Source: Paramoeba atlantica | Lineage: Eukaryota; Protista; Discosea | Length of the DNA stretch: 64,000 nt | Reading direction: 5' to 3' | Assembly: GCA_977017575.1 (NCBI GenBank) | Contig: CDRNVI010000063.1 | Span: 248,001 to 312,000 of the forward strand | Shown here: positions 11,398 through 22,110 of the stretch, piece after piece | How the letters are laid out: every line of letters starts with the position of its first letter | Position numbering within the stretch: position 1 is the first letter of the stretch | Position numbers and translations under genes: made by a program | The notes under the pieces: generated by a model | What the model saw: the letters and a program-made list of their open reading frames with translations, nothing else | Databases searched by the model: none | Told to the model about the DNA's origin: nothing

Positions 11398-11598
11398 AGG
11401 ATGAAGTAATCTGACAAAAATTACACTACTTTGTTAGTACATTAGTAATTTGTAGGTAAAACCGAATAAAGGTCGAATTTCCAGTTGAAACACATTCATA
11501 AGAAGGGATGTATGGTATATCATATGCCATACATGGGTACTACGAATTACGTTCATGCTATAATCTAATTGAAGGAAAGTGTATTATACATTACCGTT

Positions 11599-13278
11599 CT
11601 ACTGCGACGCCTCCATCGTGCTCCCTTCTTCGTTCTTCGTCAAATGAGTATTGGAAAAGTGAGAAAGATAATCCAAAGTGGGAATCGGACATGCTACATC
11701 TACGTCATCTTCCTTGGAGACCCCACCAGAGATCTCAGATTCCGTTTTTGTTTCGTTTGTACTTTCCGCGACCGACTCCTTTAAGCCTTCGGTGTCCGCC
11801 TTCTTGCCCTCCTCATCGCTGCCGGGGATTGCACCTGTGCTGACGAGTACCTCCGAGGCATTACAGACGGGACCCACGGTACTAAGACACAGACTTCCGG
11901 GGCGGTAGTATCGATTCATTACATCCCGGATACGCTCGGAGCTCACTGCATCGACGTGGGTGAAATATTCCTCAAGAGAAAGACGTTTGTCGGCGTGCAG
12001 GAGCTGACGTCCAATATCTTCCGCAATATTGGTGGTGCCATCGACGTTGAGTACCAGTGCAGCTTTCAGGTTCGACTTGGCAAGCTCGAGATCGCTGTCG
12101 GAGAGGCGGGTGGAGCACAACTCGGAGAAGAATTCCATCACGGAACGGAGGTGGTGCTGGACGTTGTTCTCCTGGGGGTATCCGATGAGATACACCCCCA
12201 TGAGACCGGAGTCAATGTACGGGGTGAAAAACGGGTTGAAGGTCTCTATCCGGGGATCGGGTTCCAAAACGGAGCCGCCGTCTTCGGTGGGGAAACGCAT
12301 TGCAAGACACTGAGGACTACGAAAGCGTTGTTTCGACATGAGGTCTCGATTGACACGGTTGTAGCTCCCTAGCAGATGCTGCACTACCTGCAAAGCGAAG
12401 ACGTCTTCACTGGCTATCCCACAGGTCTGGAAAGCGAGTGCGAGGTGCAGTGCGGGAAGCTCTTTGGACCACAACGTGTACTGCCCACCGGTGTAGATCG
12501 CTGCGTGATTCTCCCCACGGTCGCATTTCGGAGACAAATCTCCGAAATACTGGGAGGCCAGGGTCTCGAGGGACTTATGCGTGACACCTCCGGCCCCAAC
12601 AAGCACCATGCGGGGCCCTGTGTAGTGCTGATCCACGAAACGCACTATCATGTCTCGGTTGATGTGAGTGGAGATGTTCTGTTCGGGACCCAGAATGGTG
12701 AGACCCAGACTGCAGTCCCGGTACGCTGCGATGTGAAGATGATCCATCACGACTTCGTCCACCAGAAGTTCTACCTCTCGCATTTCTTCTAAAATGGTCG
12801 ATCTCTCGCGTTCTAAATCTTTCTCTGGGAGTTTGCTGTTTCGTAGGATGTCGGCCAGAATGCTAACCGCGTCCGGGACGTACTTTTTGAACACTTTAAC
12901 ATAATAGCTAGTGCGATCTCGTGCGGTGTATGCGTTCAAATGTCCTCCAATCTCTTCAAACTTGCGCTCCAGCTGTGCTTTTGTCATCGAACGTGTGCCT
13001 TTGAAGTTCATGTGCTCGAGAAAATGTGCCGTGCCGTTGATCTCCGGCGTCTCATAGCGGCTTCCGGCATCGATCCACACCCCCACAGTGGCTACTTCAC
13101 TTTCTGGATGCTCCTCACATGCGACGCGAAATCCATTTGGTAGTCGCGAGATGGTCGTAGGCGGGACTTTGTTGAGGATGTGACGTACAGACTGGGTGGG
13201 GGCAAAACCGGGCCGAGGAAAGACGCGTGGAAGACCTTTCAAATTTCCAATAGAAAGCAATCGACAACAGTAACGCAT
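11599..13278 (-). CDS. Mitochondrial processing peptidase beta subunit (M16 family)
   Basis: ATVGVWIDAGSRYE, intact HFLEH zinc motif, NAYT.R..T.YY, IGRQLL; basic presequence-like N-terminus. Confidence 0.88.
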   Translation of the reverse strand: MRYCCRLLSIGNLKGLPRVFPRPGFAPTQSVRHILNKVPPTTISRLPNGFRVACEEHPESEVATVGVWIDAGSRYETPEINGTAHFLEHMNFKGTRSMTKAQLERKFEEIGGHLNAYTARDRTSYYVKVFKKYVPDAVSILADILRNSKLPEKDLERERSTILEEMREVELLVDEVVMDHLHIAAYRDCSLGLTILGPEQNISTHINRDMIVRFVDQHYTGPRMVLVGAGGVTHKSLETLASQYFGDLSPKCDRGENHAAIYTGGQYTLWSKELPALHLALAFQTCGIASEDVFALQVVQHLLGSYNRVNRDLMSKQRFRSPQCLAMRFPTEDGGSVLEPDPRIETFNPFFTPYIDSGLMGVYLIGYPQENNVQHHLRSVMEFFSELCSTRLSDSDLELAKSNLKAALVLNVDGTTNIAEDIGRQLLHADKRLSLEEYFTHVDAVSSERIRDVMNRYYRPGSLCLSTVGPVCNASEVLVSTGAIPGSDEEGKKADTEGLKESVAESTNETKTESEISGGVSKEDDVDVACPIPTLDYLSHFSNTHLTKNEEGSTMEASQ

Positions 13279-13557
13279 TTTTGTAGCTGAGAAATGAGGT
13301 AACTAGTAATACGCGAATAAGAAGATTGTTGAAAACTATTTACACAGTTAGTAGTATAAACTACTAAAGGGCCTTGTACGATTAAATTACGGTTAAAGGG
13401 CCTTTTACGATAAAATTACATGTTATCATCCGTGGAGACACTACATAATTTCGTTCACAAAAGTAATATTTTTGATCTCGGTAAACACGTATATTTTGAA
13501 CAAAGTAACGTCAAAATCTTCACTCATCGAGAGTTGAGAGGACATCTGTGCAGTACG

Positions 13558-16410
13558 TCACACGCTTGCTTCATGCTCAGGATCCTTTTCCGTGAACACA
13601 ATACCTTCCAGAATTCGGTTCTTTGCCACGGGACGGACGGCGCTAGGCGGGAGTTCGGCACGGTCGGAAGACTGCAGCACGACAGGTGAGTTTTGAGTCT
13701 GAAACCCTGTAATCCTTTTCGGTTTTCCCGCCATTGCAACCGTATCTACTGCCGTCCCTACTCGTACAGGTTGCTGTTCGAGCGGTTTCCCCTCACCATC
13801 GACCAAAATCAGATGTCTGGGACGCATAGATGCCGCCAGGCTCATCCACAGATACGAATATTTCGCAACGCTTACCTCAGGGGTTAGCATGGAGAACACA
13901 GCGGTGAGGATACCACACAGTGAGGTAGAAGAGGCGAGTAGGCCATCACTGTGAACGGCTCGTAGCGTCATCTGCCCTTTTCCTAACTCTACCAGACCTA
14001 GTGCGATGTGACAGAGCAGCCAGCACTCCGGGTTGCGTACGTGAAAACCACAAAGCGAGCGCAGCATTGTGGCCGCACGTACACTCCGGGTACCTGCCCC
14101 AACAAGTCCAATGGCAAAGATCGCGGCCTGAGCGGTAGCCGCGTCGGTGTCATGGCTGAGCTTACTAAGGGTTTCGAGCACGGTCACATGCGGATCGGAG
14201 AGAGATAGCAAGGCGATACATAATGGAAGGGCGCGGCGTGCGTGAAGATCCCCAAAATGGAGGATGTGGTCCATTACCCGACAGGCAACCTCACGCCCAA
14301 TATTCTCCCCGAAGGCAACAAGGCCGATGCCCAAGGTCGCGATCGTGTGTGGGCGGAGAAACAAAGAAACCTCTTTCGAAGACTTTGGTTTCCGTACGCC
14401 CCGCCTCGCGGATTGTCCAGATATCAGAGTCGCCAAATCCGGTCCTTTTGCGGATCCTTCTTTGGGTTTGACATCCTCGGCGGGGGTACCGGCCTCCTCA
14501 CTTGGTTTCGGGTCCGTATTTTCGTTATGCTTCACCTTTGAGTCAGATTCTTTGTCCCTTTTATCTTTGCTCAGGGTTTGTTTCGTCCCTTCTCGTATCA
14601 AGTGAAGTAGTTTTTGTACAATCAGTACATTGCCTGTACCCGCATATGCCAGTGCCGTCAGTAGAGTCTCAATGAAGACGCGAACCTCGGATGATAATGT
14701 GTGAACTGTGCTCAGAAGAGTCTCGACTCGATCTTGCTGTCCTAGAAAAAGTAATCCGAGTCCAAGGATTAGATAGGGCGCTGTGAAATTTTCAGTAAGA
14801 ACTGCAGACTCCTTCTCCATGAGACAAAGAAGCATGGTTTCCACGAGATCCTCGTGCGCGGTGCCAACAAATACGAAGCCGAGAGCTAGTGCTGCAAAGG
14901 ATTGCAGACTAATGTCCATGCTAGAGTCAGCCACAAATGGGACTAGGATGGACAGAATTTGTTCACTTCGTGTCCCTGCGTACGCAAGTCCAAGTCCCAA
15001 TATGGAACACATTCGAATCTCTGTATTTTCAACGTACAAATTTTCCGTAAGCAGTGATAACGCGGGATCAAACTGGGAGCACACTCCGTGGCACACCACC
15101 CCAACACCCAGCGCTGCTCCCGCCCGTATCCGCACATTCTCGGAGCTAAGATACTTCTCCAGGGCGTTCAACCCCTCTGTGGGATTTCCTAAGTGCAGTA
15201 ATGCAACAGAGGCAACCGCCGAGATGACACGTTGCTCTCTTTGCCCATGCAGCCACTCATTGTCCTGCAGTGTAGTGAGTTTGTCGGTGCCAAATCCTGC
15301 ATTGGAGAAACCACTTAGCAGAGTGTAGGCCAGGTGTCGGAGATAACGTGGGGTGTTGGATGCGTGCAGTGTGGTGCGTTGATCCATTAGATGTGGTTTC
15401 GCAACCTCCTCAGGGGCTTTTGGCTCCAAGGCGTCTAGCGCTTTGCTACAATGTAGAAAATACTCTGGGATTTTTTCCTGAAGGTCAGTCCACGCAGGAC
15501 AACAGGCTACGAGATCATATGCCCCGTGACGGTTGCAGAGTATGAGAAGCTGCTGCTGTACCAGGGGGTCCGCGGCGGCGAGATCTAAAAGTTCTTTTGC
15601 TTTTTCGTGATCGGAAAGCTTTAATGCCATGCGCATTGCATCATACAGTGCCCCGAAACATTGGTACAATTCTCCACAATGTCGATATATTTTTCCGTCC
15701 TCTCCTTCTGGCAGATAGGGAGCGAGAGCCAGGAGGTAGTCACACGTACGAACATAGTTGTCCATGGTGCAGCGTGAAGTTAACAAGTCCATTCTGTCGA
15801 TTTCCAGAAGTAGATCAACGGCATTCGGCTCTCCATTGTGAGAAAACTCGAACTGAACAATTTCCTGCAATAGGGGAAGCAAGCTTTCACGGAGTTGGGT
15901 TTCTTTTTCTGCTCCTTTCCATGTAGTGACAAACTGAGTAGACAGTTGACGGACGTAGTGGTGCCCCCAAATATCCAATGCCAGAGTTCCTTTTCGTTTC
16001 CAATCAAGACACTGTGTCTGTTTTTCAGCCGATGGAAATGCCATCGAAAGTATCGATAAGATATCACTTAGCCGCTGTAAGAAATTTTCCGGTAAACCTG
16101 TATTCGGTATTTTTGAAAGGGCTTCGTAGCGCTCCGTGAGTGAGGGAATATGAGGTCGCAGATACTTCAGAGGTTTCGGAATTCCGGTCAACGAATTCGA
16201 GTATGTGTCACGCATCATACTCCCAAGTTGATCCACTGCGCTAGAGGCTATCTCCAGATTACTGTCCTGAATACGAGAAACACATAAATCCACTCCCTCC
16301 ATAATTCTTATGTCTTCATCCGAGAGCGTTGATTCTTTCTTATTAACTCCTTGATCTTCATCTTTACCGGAGCGATTTACTTTCTTGCTATCTTTTTCTG
16401 GTTTGGCCAT
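13558..16410 (-). CDS. RPN1: 26S proteasome regulatory subunit RPN1/PSMD2
   Basis: PKPLKYLRPH, PC repeats, AYAGTGNVL.VQ.LL, VRVGTAVD.V..AGKPK.ITGFQT..SPV.L; ATG at 16410 (track start is TTG). Confidence 0.92.
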   Translation of the reverse strand: MAKPEKDSKKVNRSGKDEDQGVNKKESTLSDEDIRIMEGVDLCVSRIQDSNLEIASSAVDQLGSMMRDTYSNSLTGIPKPLKYLRPHIPSLTERYEALSKIPNTGLPENFLQRLSDILSILSMAFPSAEKQTQCLDWKRKGTLALDIWGHHYVRQLSTQFVTTWKGAEKETQLRESLLPLLQEIVQFEFSHNGEPNAVDLLLEIDRMDLLTSRCTMDNYVRTCDYLLALAPYLPEGEDGKIYRHCGELYQCFGALYDAMRMALKLSDHEKAKELLDLAAADPLVQQQLLILCNRHGAYDLVACCPAWTDLQEKIPEYFLHCSKALDALEPKAPEEVAKPHLMDQRTTLHASNTPRYLRHLAYTLLSGFSNAGFGTDKLTTLQDNEWLHGQREQRVISAVASVALLHLGNPTEGLNALEKYLSSENVRIRAGAALGVGVVCHGVCSQFDPALSLLTENLYVENTEIRMCSILGLGLAYAGTRSEQILSILVPFVADSSMDISLQSFAALALGFVFVGTAHEDLVETMLLCLMEKESAVLTENFTAPYLILGLGLLFLGQQDRVETLLSTVHTLSSEVRVFIETLLTALAYAGTGNVLIVQKLLHLIREGTKQTLSKDKRDKESDSKVKHNENTDPKPSEEAGTPAEDVKPKEGSAKGPDLATLISGQSARRGVRKPKSSKEVSLFLRPHTIATLGIGLVAFGENIGREVACRVMDHILHFGDLHARRALPLCIALLSLSDPHVTVLETLSKLSHDTDAATAQAAIFAIGLVGAGTRSVRAATMLRSLCGFHVRNPECWLLCHIALGLVELGKGQMTLRAVHSDGLLASSTSLCGILTAVFSMLTPEVSVAKYSYLWMSLAASMRPRHLILVDGEGKPLEQQPVRVGTAVDTVAMAGKPKRITGFQTQNSPVVLQSSDRAELPPSAVRPVAKNRILEGIVFTEKDPEHEASV

Positions 16411-16543
16411 CAAAAATAACGTAAATATAAAGGAAAAATGCTCTTTACGCTACGGTACAATGACATGCTTCCCGTTTATATTCTTTAACGTAGCTTTACG
16501 CACAATATACACACCACTAAAATAAAAATGAATGCAGAATTGT

Positions 16544-17320
16544 TCAAAGACCACATGACTCACCGAGCAGTCCGGTGCCATCACTCGTTGCCTCGGTATT
16601 TGTCTTATTTTCTGTATCCTGTCGAGATAAATATTTCTTAAAGTACCATGACCTCCTTTTCGAGACCTGTTTCCAGTAATTGTGCAGATGGGCTTGCGTC
16701 CGGCTGTAAAACGAGCTCAGGCTCTCCTCCAGAATCACCGTCATCGCGGGGGCGCTGACGCTAAAATACATTTCCTCAGCTTGGAGCGCCGTAACGCTTT
16801 GCCCTTTTTTCCGCATCGCGTGGACGTGGCTCTCCACCTGGCGGTAGACATTCTCCGTGTACTCTGCCGGGGGCTTCCAGTCGAGATCCACCCACTGGCC
16901 TTGACTAAACCCTTTAATCTGGGGGTAACGCAGCAGCGGCCGCGTGGCCTCCGGAAGCCGCTCCTTTTGGATCTCATAGAAGTGTAGCCGTGGGTAGTGG
17001 CTCTCGAGTCGGTGGCAGAGATACTCCAGTACTTTTCCCATCGCGTTGCATGCGGTACAGTTCTCCTGGGAGTACTGTGCAACCATAACATCCGAGGAGT
17101 GGGCATAGTGCTGGAGCAGACGTCGTAGGACAAACTCACTGGGGACCACACGGACGCATTTGGTCGGGAATTCCGCGTTCAGGGGGTTGATACCCGCCCC
17201 CTCACGGGCGTAGTCACTCGTAGCCCCCTGGGGGTTCGCCGTGTTGATGGTCTGGGACTTCATCCAAAGCTGGCGGAAGAAGTCAGAGTCGGATCCAGGT
17301 GGCTTGAAGTTGGAGCTCAT
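16544..17320 (-). CDS. Thioredoxin-fold protein (CxxC = CTAC), probably a kinetoplastid-type conserved protein
   Basis: 258-aa ORF on the cluster strand; VMVAQYSQENCTAC...LHFYEI...YPQIKGF resembles a Trx fold. Confidence 0.6.
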   Translation of the reverse strand: MSSNFKPPGSDSDFFRQLWMKSQTINTANPQGATSDYAREGAGINPLNAEFPTKCVRVVPSEFVLRRLLQHYAHSSDVMVAQYSQENCTACNAMGKVLEYLCHRLESHYPRLHFYEIQKERLPEATRPLLRYPQIKGFSQGQWVDLDWKPPAEYTENVYRQVESHVHAMRKKGQSVTALQAEEMYFSVSAPAMTVILEESLSSFYSRTQAHLHNYWKQVSKRRSWYFKKYLSRQDTENKTNTEATSDGTGLLGESCGL

Positions 17321-17551
17321 TTTGCCATTTACAGTTTAGAATGAAAATGTGAAAAAGTGAGAAGTGCGTAATCCGATCAGTGAATCCCCAAGCCAACACT
17401 TTCGCTAAATATTTTACATGTCAGTATTTTTAATTTACGATACTAGATGGTCAATACATTCATAAGTAAGGATCTTATATGTTCATTTCATCTTTACTTG
17501 GACCATTACTTCCCTTCCTTTTGTCTTTTCTTCCATCCTTTCAAGTCTTCT

Positions 17552-18007
17552 TTATGCCACCAAGGCGCTTGCGCTGCCGGATTCGTATCGCCACGTGGCC
17601 GGAAGCTGCTTCGTACGTTTGTAGTATCGTGCCAGACGGTGAATACGGGATTCGACCAAAATCAGTCGGAACTTGGTATCCAAATCCTTTCGGTTCTTCT
17701 CCAGGTGCTTACGCATGGACACGGCTTTACGAATCATGTGGTACAGATCCTCCGGGATCTCAGGCGCCAATCCCTTGTGCTTCAGAATACGAAGAATCTT
17801 ACGTCCGGTGACGGATTTGACTTGTCCGATTCCCTGACTGTCTCGCAGGTGGGTGCCGATGGCCGACGGGGTGAGTCCCTTACGGGCGAGTGTTGTGATT
17901 TGCTGCACCACCTCACGTGCGGTTGTTTTCAGCCACGTAGGAACGGCGCGACGGTAAGGGAGAGAGCTTCCGCTAATTCCCTTGCCATTTCCGTGCATGC
18001 GGCCCAT
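17552..18007 (-). CDS. RPS13: 40S ribosomal protein S13 (uS15)
   Basis: [12 protein letters not shown]...[11 protein letters not shown]...[20 protein letters not shown]. Confidence 0.97.
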   Translation of the reverse strand: MGRMHGNGKGISGSSLPYRRAVPTWLKTTAREVVQQITTLARKGLTPSAIGTHLRDSQGIGQVKSVTGRKILRILKHKGLAPEIPEDLYHMIRKAVSMRKHLEKNRKDLDTKFRLILVESRIHRLARYYKRTKQLPATWRYESGSASALVA

Positions 18008-18256
18008 GATGTGAGATGTGAATAATTAATAATGAGCGTCGAAAAAAATCTACAGAGAAAACAATGGGTAGGTGATTCAAATTGGTTTACTAAAATTTCG
18101 AAAGCAGAAACTATCTCCACCGTTTACTAGTTCTGTGTTTATATGGTATACCTGATCAAGAGTTCATAAAAAAATGTATCACTGCCCAAACAATTGTCAT
18201 AATGGAACATCAAGTTTGAAATGCAAACTTTGAATACCGGAATTCTCACCCTATAG

Positions 18257-19297
18257 TTAAAACTTCCGTCGCCTCTTTCTTCCCGTGTATTTCGTATCCG
18301 GCCGGGTAGGCTCCCCGTGGATGCGTCGCAACTCTTTTTTCATCCGGATCCACGCCCGAGTCCCTTTCAATGGACGCCCAGAGGAGGACGCACCTCGAAC
18401 ACTTTTCTGAACACGAACCGTCTTTTTCGACCCCTTCCCCACAGCTACCCTCTCCTCCCCGTCTTCTGCAGCCCTCTCAGAACCACTCCCCTCCTCCTCC
18501 TCCTCCTCCTCCTCCGTACTACACCCCAACACCTCCTCATCCACCACTCTCTTCCGTTTCCTCCCCCCTCCCTCCCCCCTTTCCCTCCCCCCCTCCCTCC
18601 TCACCCCCCCACCCCCTCCCTCCCCCCTCCCCGGCCGCGTCATCAGCACCAGGAACACCTTCCGTGCCCGTGTGCTGTGCGGGTGGTCCACCACCACCCC
18701 GCCCCCGAACCCCGCCCGGGTCGCGGCACGGGTCACCAAGTCCCGCTGCGCCGCGCTCTCCGGGTAGAACTGCACCACCGCCCTCGCCCCGGGCCGCAGC
18801 ACCGCGAGGAGCGTCGCGAAGAACCGGCGCAGCCTGCGGTGGGGGTTGTGCCCGGAGGCGTCCGCCCCGCACAGCCACTGCACCGCGGAGACGCTGATGG
18901 CGCCATCGAAGGTGGCGGGGCGGAAGGGGAGGCCGGCGCCCAGGTCGTGCCGGAGCAGGCCCCCGGGGTCGTGGTGGGGGGGGAGGGACTGGGCGGCGCG
19001 GAGCATGGGGTCGCTGAGGTCGAGCCCGAGCCAGTGGTGGCCGGAGTCCCGGAGGACGGCCCCGCTGAGGCCGGTGCCGCAGCCGAGGTCGAGGAGGAGG
19101 CGGGGGGGGGAGAAGGAGGAGGAGGAGGAGGAGGAGGAGGAGGAGGAGACGGGGGGGAGGGCAAGGAGTTCGGTGGCCCGGATGGCGAGATCGCGTTGGA
19201 CTTTGGTGAGATGGGAGGAGGTGTGGTATTTGTGGGCGTGGTCGGGGGTGTAGATGAATTCGGGAGGGGCGATGTGTTCGGGGCGGCGTCCGACCAT
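18257..19297 (-). CDS. BUD23: 18S rRNA m7G methyltransferase BUD23/WBSCR22
   Basis: RPEH.APPE..Y...A.KY, LLDLGCGTGLSG, FDGAISVSAVQWLC, C-terminal RPDTKYTGRKRR; probable start ATG 19297 (MVGRRPE). Confidence 0.92.
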   Translation of the reverse strand: MVGRRPEHIAPPEFIYTPDHAHKYHTSSHLTKVQRDLAIRATELLALPPVSSSSSSSSSSSFSPPRLLLDLGCGTGLSGAVLRDSGHHWLGLDLSDPMLRAAQSLPPHHDPGGLLRHDLGAGLPFRPATFDGAISVSAVQWLCGADASGHNPHRRLRRFFATLLAVLRPGARAVVQFYPESAAQRDLVTRAATRAGFGGGVVVDHPHSTRARKVFLVLMTRPGRGEGGGGGVRREGGRERGEGGGRKRKRVVDEEVLGCSTEEEEEEEEGSGSERAAEDGEERVAVGKGSKKTVRVQKSVRGASSSGRPLKGTRAWIRMKKELRRIHGEPTRPDTKYTGRKRRRKF

Positions 19298-19299
19298 GG

Positions 19300-19430
19300 A
19301 GGGGGGAAATAAAAGGAGAGAAGGAGGAGAAAGGTTTTCTTCGCTTTGTGTGGGTTTTTGGTTTTTGGTGGGTGAAGGAAAGGGGGATGAAAAGGAGGAT
19401 GGGAAAATAGATTTAGAGAGGAGATAGCAA
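19300..19430 (-). promoter_or_regulatory. Polypyrimidine tract upstream of BUD23 (candidate trans-splicing signal); similar tracts at ~8440-8480 and ~27400-27450
   Basis: Long purine runs on + (pyrimidine on -) directly 5' of the start codons of cluster genes. Confidence 0.45.
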
Positions 19431-19612
19431 AGGAAAAATTGCGTGCACTTGTACATAAATGTAGCAAAGCGGAACCGGGAAAATATACAATGTACAAAGT
19501 TTACAGAATTTAAGCTATACATACATAACATTTACGTGTATAAGCACAGCAAAAGAAAACACGTGTTACGAAATAAAGCAAGAACATAGAACAAATGTAC
19601 ACTTTGATGCGT

Positions 19613-20518
19613 TTATGAACACATCGACAGAAGCGAACGGTACAAAAAGAGGAGTACGTCGATGACAAGTGCAATAAGGAGAACTCCGAGACAACAGAAC
19701 AATGGGGTGTGCCGACGAACGAAATCTGCTCCAAGGGTGTCGCTTTCTGCATCATCCAATACTGCATTTTGTACCATTTCCTTCTCCACAGTTTCTCCAA
19801 GTGATTTATCGGACAAATTCGTGTTTTTCGATTCACGAAATGATGACATTTCGCTAGACAGAGGAATTGTATCAAACGACGTGGAGCCATTCGACCCAAG
19901 ATTTTCGCTACACGGTCCAACTTCCGAACGTTCGTACAAAGAATTTGGCGTGTGTGGCTTTCTCGAAGTTCGATTCGGGGACTGCTGCGACACAAGCCAT
20001 CGAACAAGTCGTGGTGCAGGATGTGGAGGTAATGTATTCTCTTTCCTTTTCCGAGGTGATTGCGCTGTTGAAAATGTTGAGTGCGAACGCGAGAGAGTGT
20101 CTGTATTGACGTTGTCATTTTCGGAGACTGATCTACTAGCTCGTGCTGATTCTGGTATTCCGTTGCTAAGAATTCCACTCAATCGCCGACGCTGTGGCTT
20201 TTTACGAATTCCGTTTCTAAACGAGCGACGAGAAGGATTTTTGTTCTTCCCCAAAACATCACCACTTGATGTTAAATGCAAGTTTTCAGAAGACTCGGAG
20301 CATGTGCTTGTATTCATTAGATTCTGACAGGATTGTGTACGTCGATGATTTATGTTCGGCCTTTCGTGATCAGACATTCGAAAAAAAAGAGACTCCGTAC
20401 AGTATACGGATCCATACGCTTGGGTGAAAGGTGATTTAGTGCCGTGGTACTCGGAAAGCGTGAAAAACGCTACAAGTACGAACGGCAGATAACTTTCACC
20501 GGGCATTTTTATTGACAT
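19613..20518 (-). CDS. Hypothetical Ser/Arg-rich protein with C-terminal hydrophobic (tail-anchor-like) segment
   Basis: 301-codon ORF on the cluster strand ending in LFCCLGVLLIALVIDVLLFLY; start uncertain (possibly MSDHER ~20377). Confidence 0.55.
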   Translation of the reverse strand: MSIKMPGESYLPFVLVAFFTLSEYHGTKSPFTQAYGSVYCTESLFFRMSDHERPNINHRRTQSCQNLMNTSTCSESSENLHLTSSGDVLGKNKNPSRRSFRNGIRKKPQRRRLSGILSNGIPESARASRSVSENDNVNTDTLSRSHSTFSTAQSPRKRKENTLPPHPAPRLVRWLVSQQSPNRTSRKPHTPNSLYERSEVGPCSENLGSNGSTSFDTIPLSSEMSSFRESKNTNLSDKSLGETVEKEMVQNAVLDDAESDTLGADFVRRHTPLFCCLGVLLIALVIDVLLFLYRSLLSMCS

Positions 20519-20667
20519 TGTGAAATCAGAGCCGCAGGACGTGTGATAGAAATGATGGCTGTATACATGCTAAGAATGGGTTGAGTACGGTAAAAAATAT
20601 CTAGAATGCAAAAAGAACTGTTCAGAGTAAAGGTTACTATTTTCACAAATTTTCTTTTAAAAAAATC

Positions 20668-20720
20668 GGGTAATGCGCACTTAATTTTGAAAGTGGGTGC
20701 AATGTAAGTGGTCTGTACCC
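20668..20720. mobile_element. 53-bp mini-Merlin remnant (left TIR stub joined to right TIR)
   Basis: GGGTAATGCGCACTTA resembles the left end at 30493; TTTTGAAAGTGGGTGCAATGTAAGTGGTCTGTACCC differs by one base from the right end at 31761-31796; flanks AAAAAATC/GAAAATTC match 6/8. Confidence 0.75.
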
Positions 20721-21429
20721 GAAAATTCGCTATAAAGTACTGAAATCTAGGTGTATGGTAATCACAAAAAAATTGTCCCCTTACTTTCTATAAGTCCATG
20801 GGGTTTAAGTTAATTTTGTCAACTGAGTACGTTTAGTTCAGTTCTTAATATGTCCAAGTTATTTACACTTGATGGTTCTCCGTAAGGGATGTAAATCCCT
20901 AAGTGGGACATGGAGAAAAAAGGGAAACTGTTTTTTATTGCGACAATAAAAATTATGCAAAATGAATATTATCCCCTGTTTGCAGATGTTTCTAAAGTGA
21001 GAGAAGACATGTGACGACAAAAAATAAACTCTTTTTAGAAACTTTATTGTCCGATATTTCATCTCTCACAACAGAGATATCTAGCCGAATTTTAAAAGCA
21101 ATCAACATGATAATTTTTAAAGACCTAGTAACATGGACATGCTTTCTACAATATAGCGGAGTGGCTCTTAGATATTCTGTGGAATAAGTTTCTTACCTAG
21201 AATCTTAGATTATTTTCAGTTTTATAAAAGTTGTCCTAAAGAACATGTCCCCGAAGAAGGAGAAGACTACGAGCAGGTATGGTACACAACCATCCCCCTC
21301 AACCCTCGTCTAACCTCTCTCGAGTTCAATGAAGTTCTCCCCTCCGATCACCCTCTAACTCTCCTCGCACAAGGACGGAAAATCTGCCCACCAGCACCCT
21401 TCATCAATCTCTCCACCTAACCACGGTAA

Positions 21430-22110
21430 ACCCCATCTTTAACTCCCTTCACACTCCTGGCTTCCCAACGCACCCGACCAGCCCCGTTCGTCTCTTACCC
21501 CATGTCAACGTTTTAGTTGTCCTGCAGAATTCGTGTTCGCAGTCGGGCAAGACAACTTAATGTTCAACATTGCATTCGAAACTATCGATATGTATGGCTT
21601 GGTGATGAAACGAAAATGTATGTTGATCGTGATCCGGAACGTACTTCCCTTGCACCTGCTGGAATACCGAATGTGAAAATTGTTGGAACAAATGAAAAAG
21701 AAACGGTTATTGTGTTTCTTGCAGGTCTCTATGATGTGAGAGACTCCAAAGTTCGTTCTCTTCCCCCAACTATTCTTTTCGAGTCTAGGCAAAAGACAAG
21801 AGATCTTCCAGTATTCTAAAGGAAGCCAAAAAATGTCGCGACTTTGCCAAAACAACACGTACACAACTCTACGCAGGTCGTAGAAGCTGTTATTACTTCA
21901 TTAGCAGTTACATGTATGTTACTGAGTGCCGATTCCGATGAGGGCGCATCGCAATGGGAGTCCTCTGATAATTCTTTCGGATGACTCGACTCAGGAAAAG
22001 GAGTTGTGCGATCGAGGTACAGATTGAAATCCTACGAACGGAAAGGTTCTTTGCTCCCTGGTAGCGTGGTAGACGATCTATGTTTGACGGCGAACCGGAA
22101 GTTCAAAGAT
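21430..22110 (+). pseudogene. Degenerate pogo/Tc5-type (DDE_1) transposase
   Basis: WLGDETKMYVDRDPERTSLAPAG..NVKI.GTNEKETVIVFLAG...LPPTILF, then frameshifted PLIILSDD and LPGSVVDDLCLTANRKFKD, recalling pogo N.DET...EK..TV.L..KLPP.IIF / LL..D / PGG.T..LQPLD..VNKPFKD; stops and frameshifts present. Confidence 0.65.
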
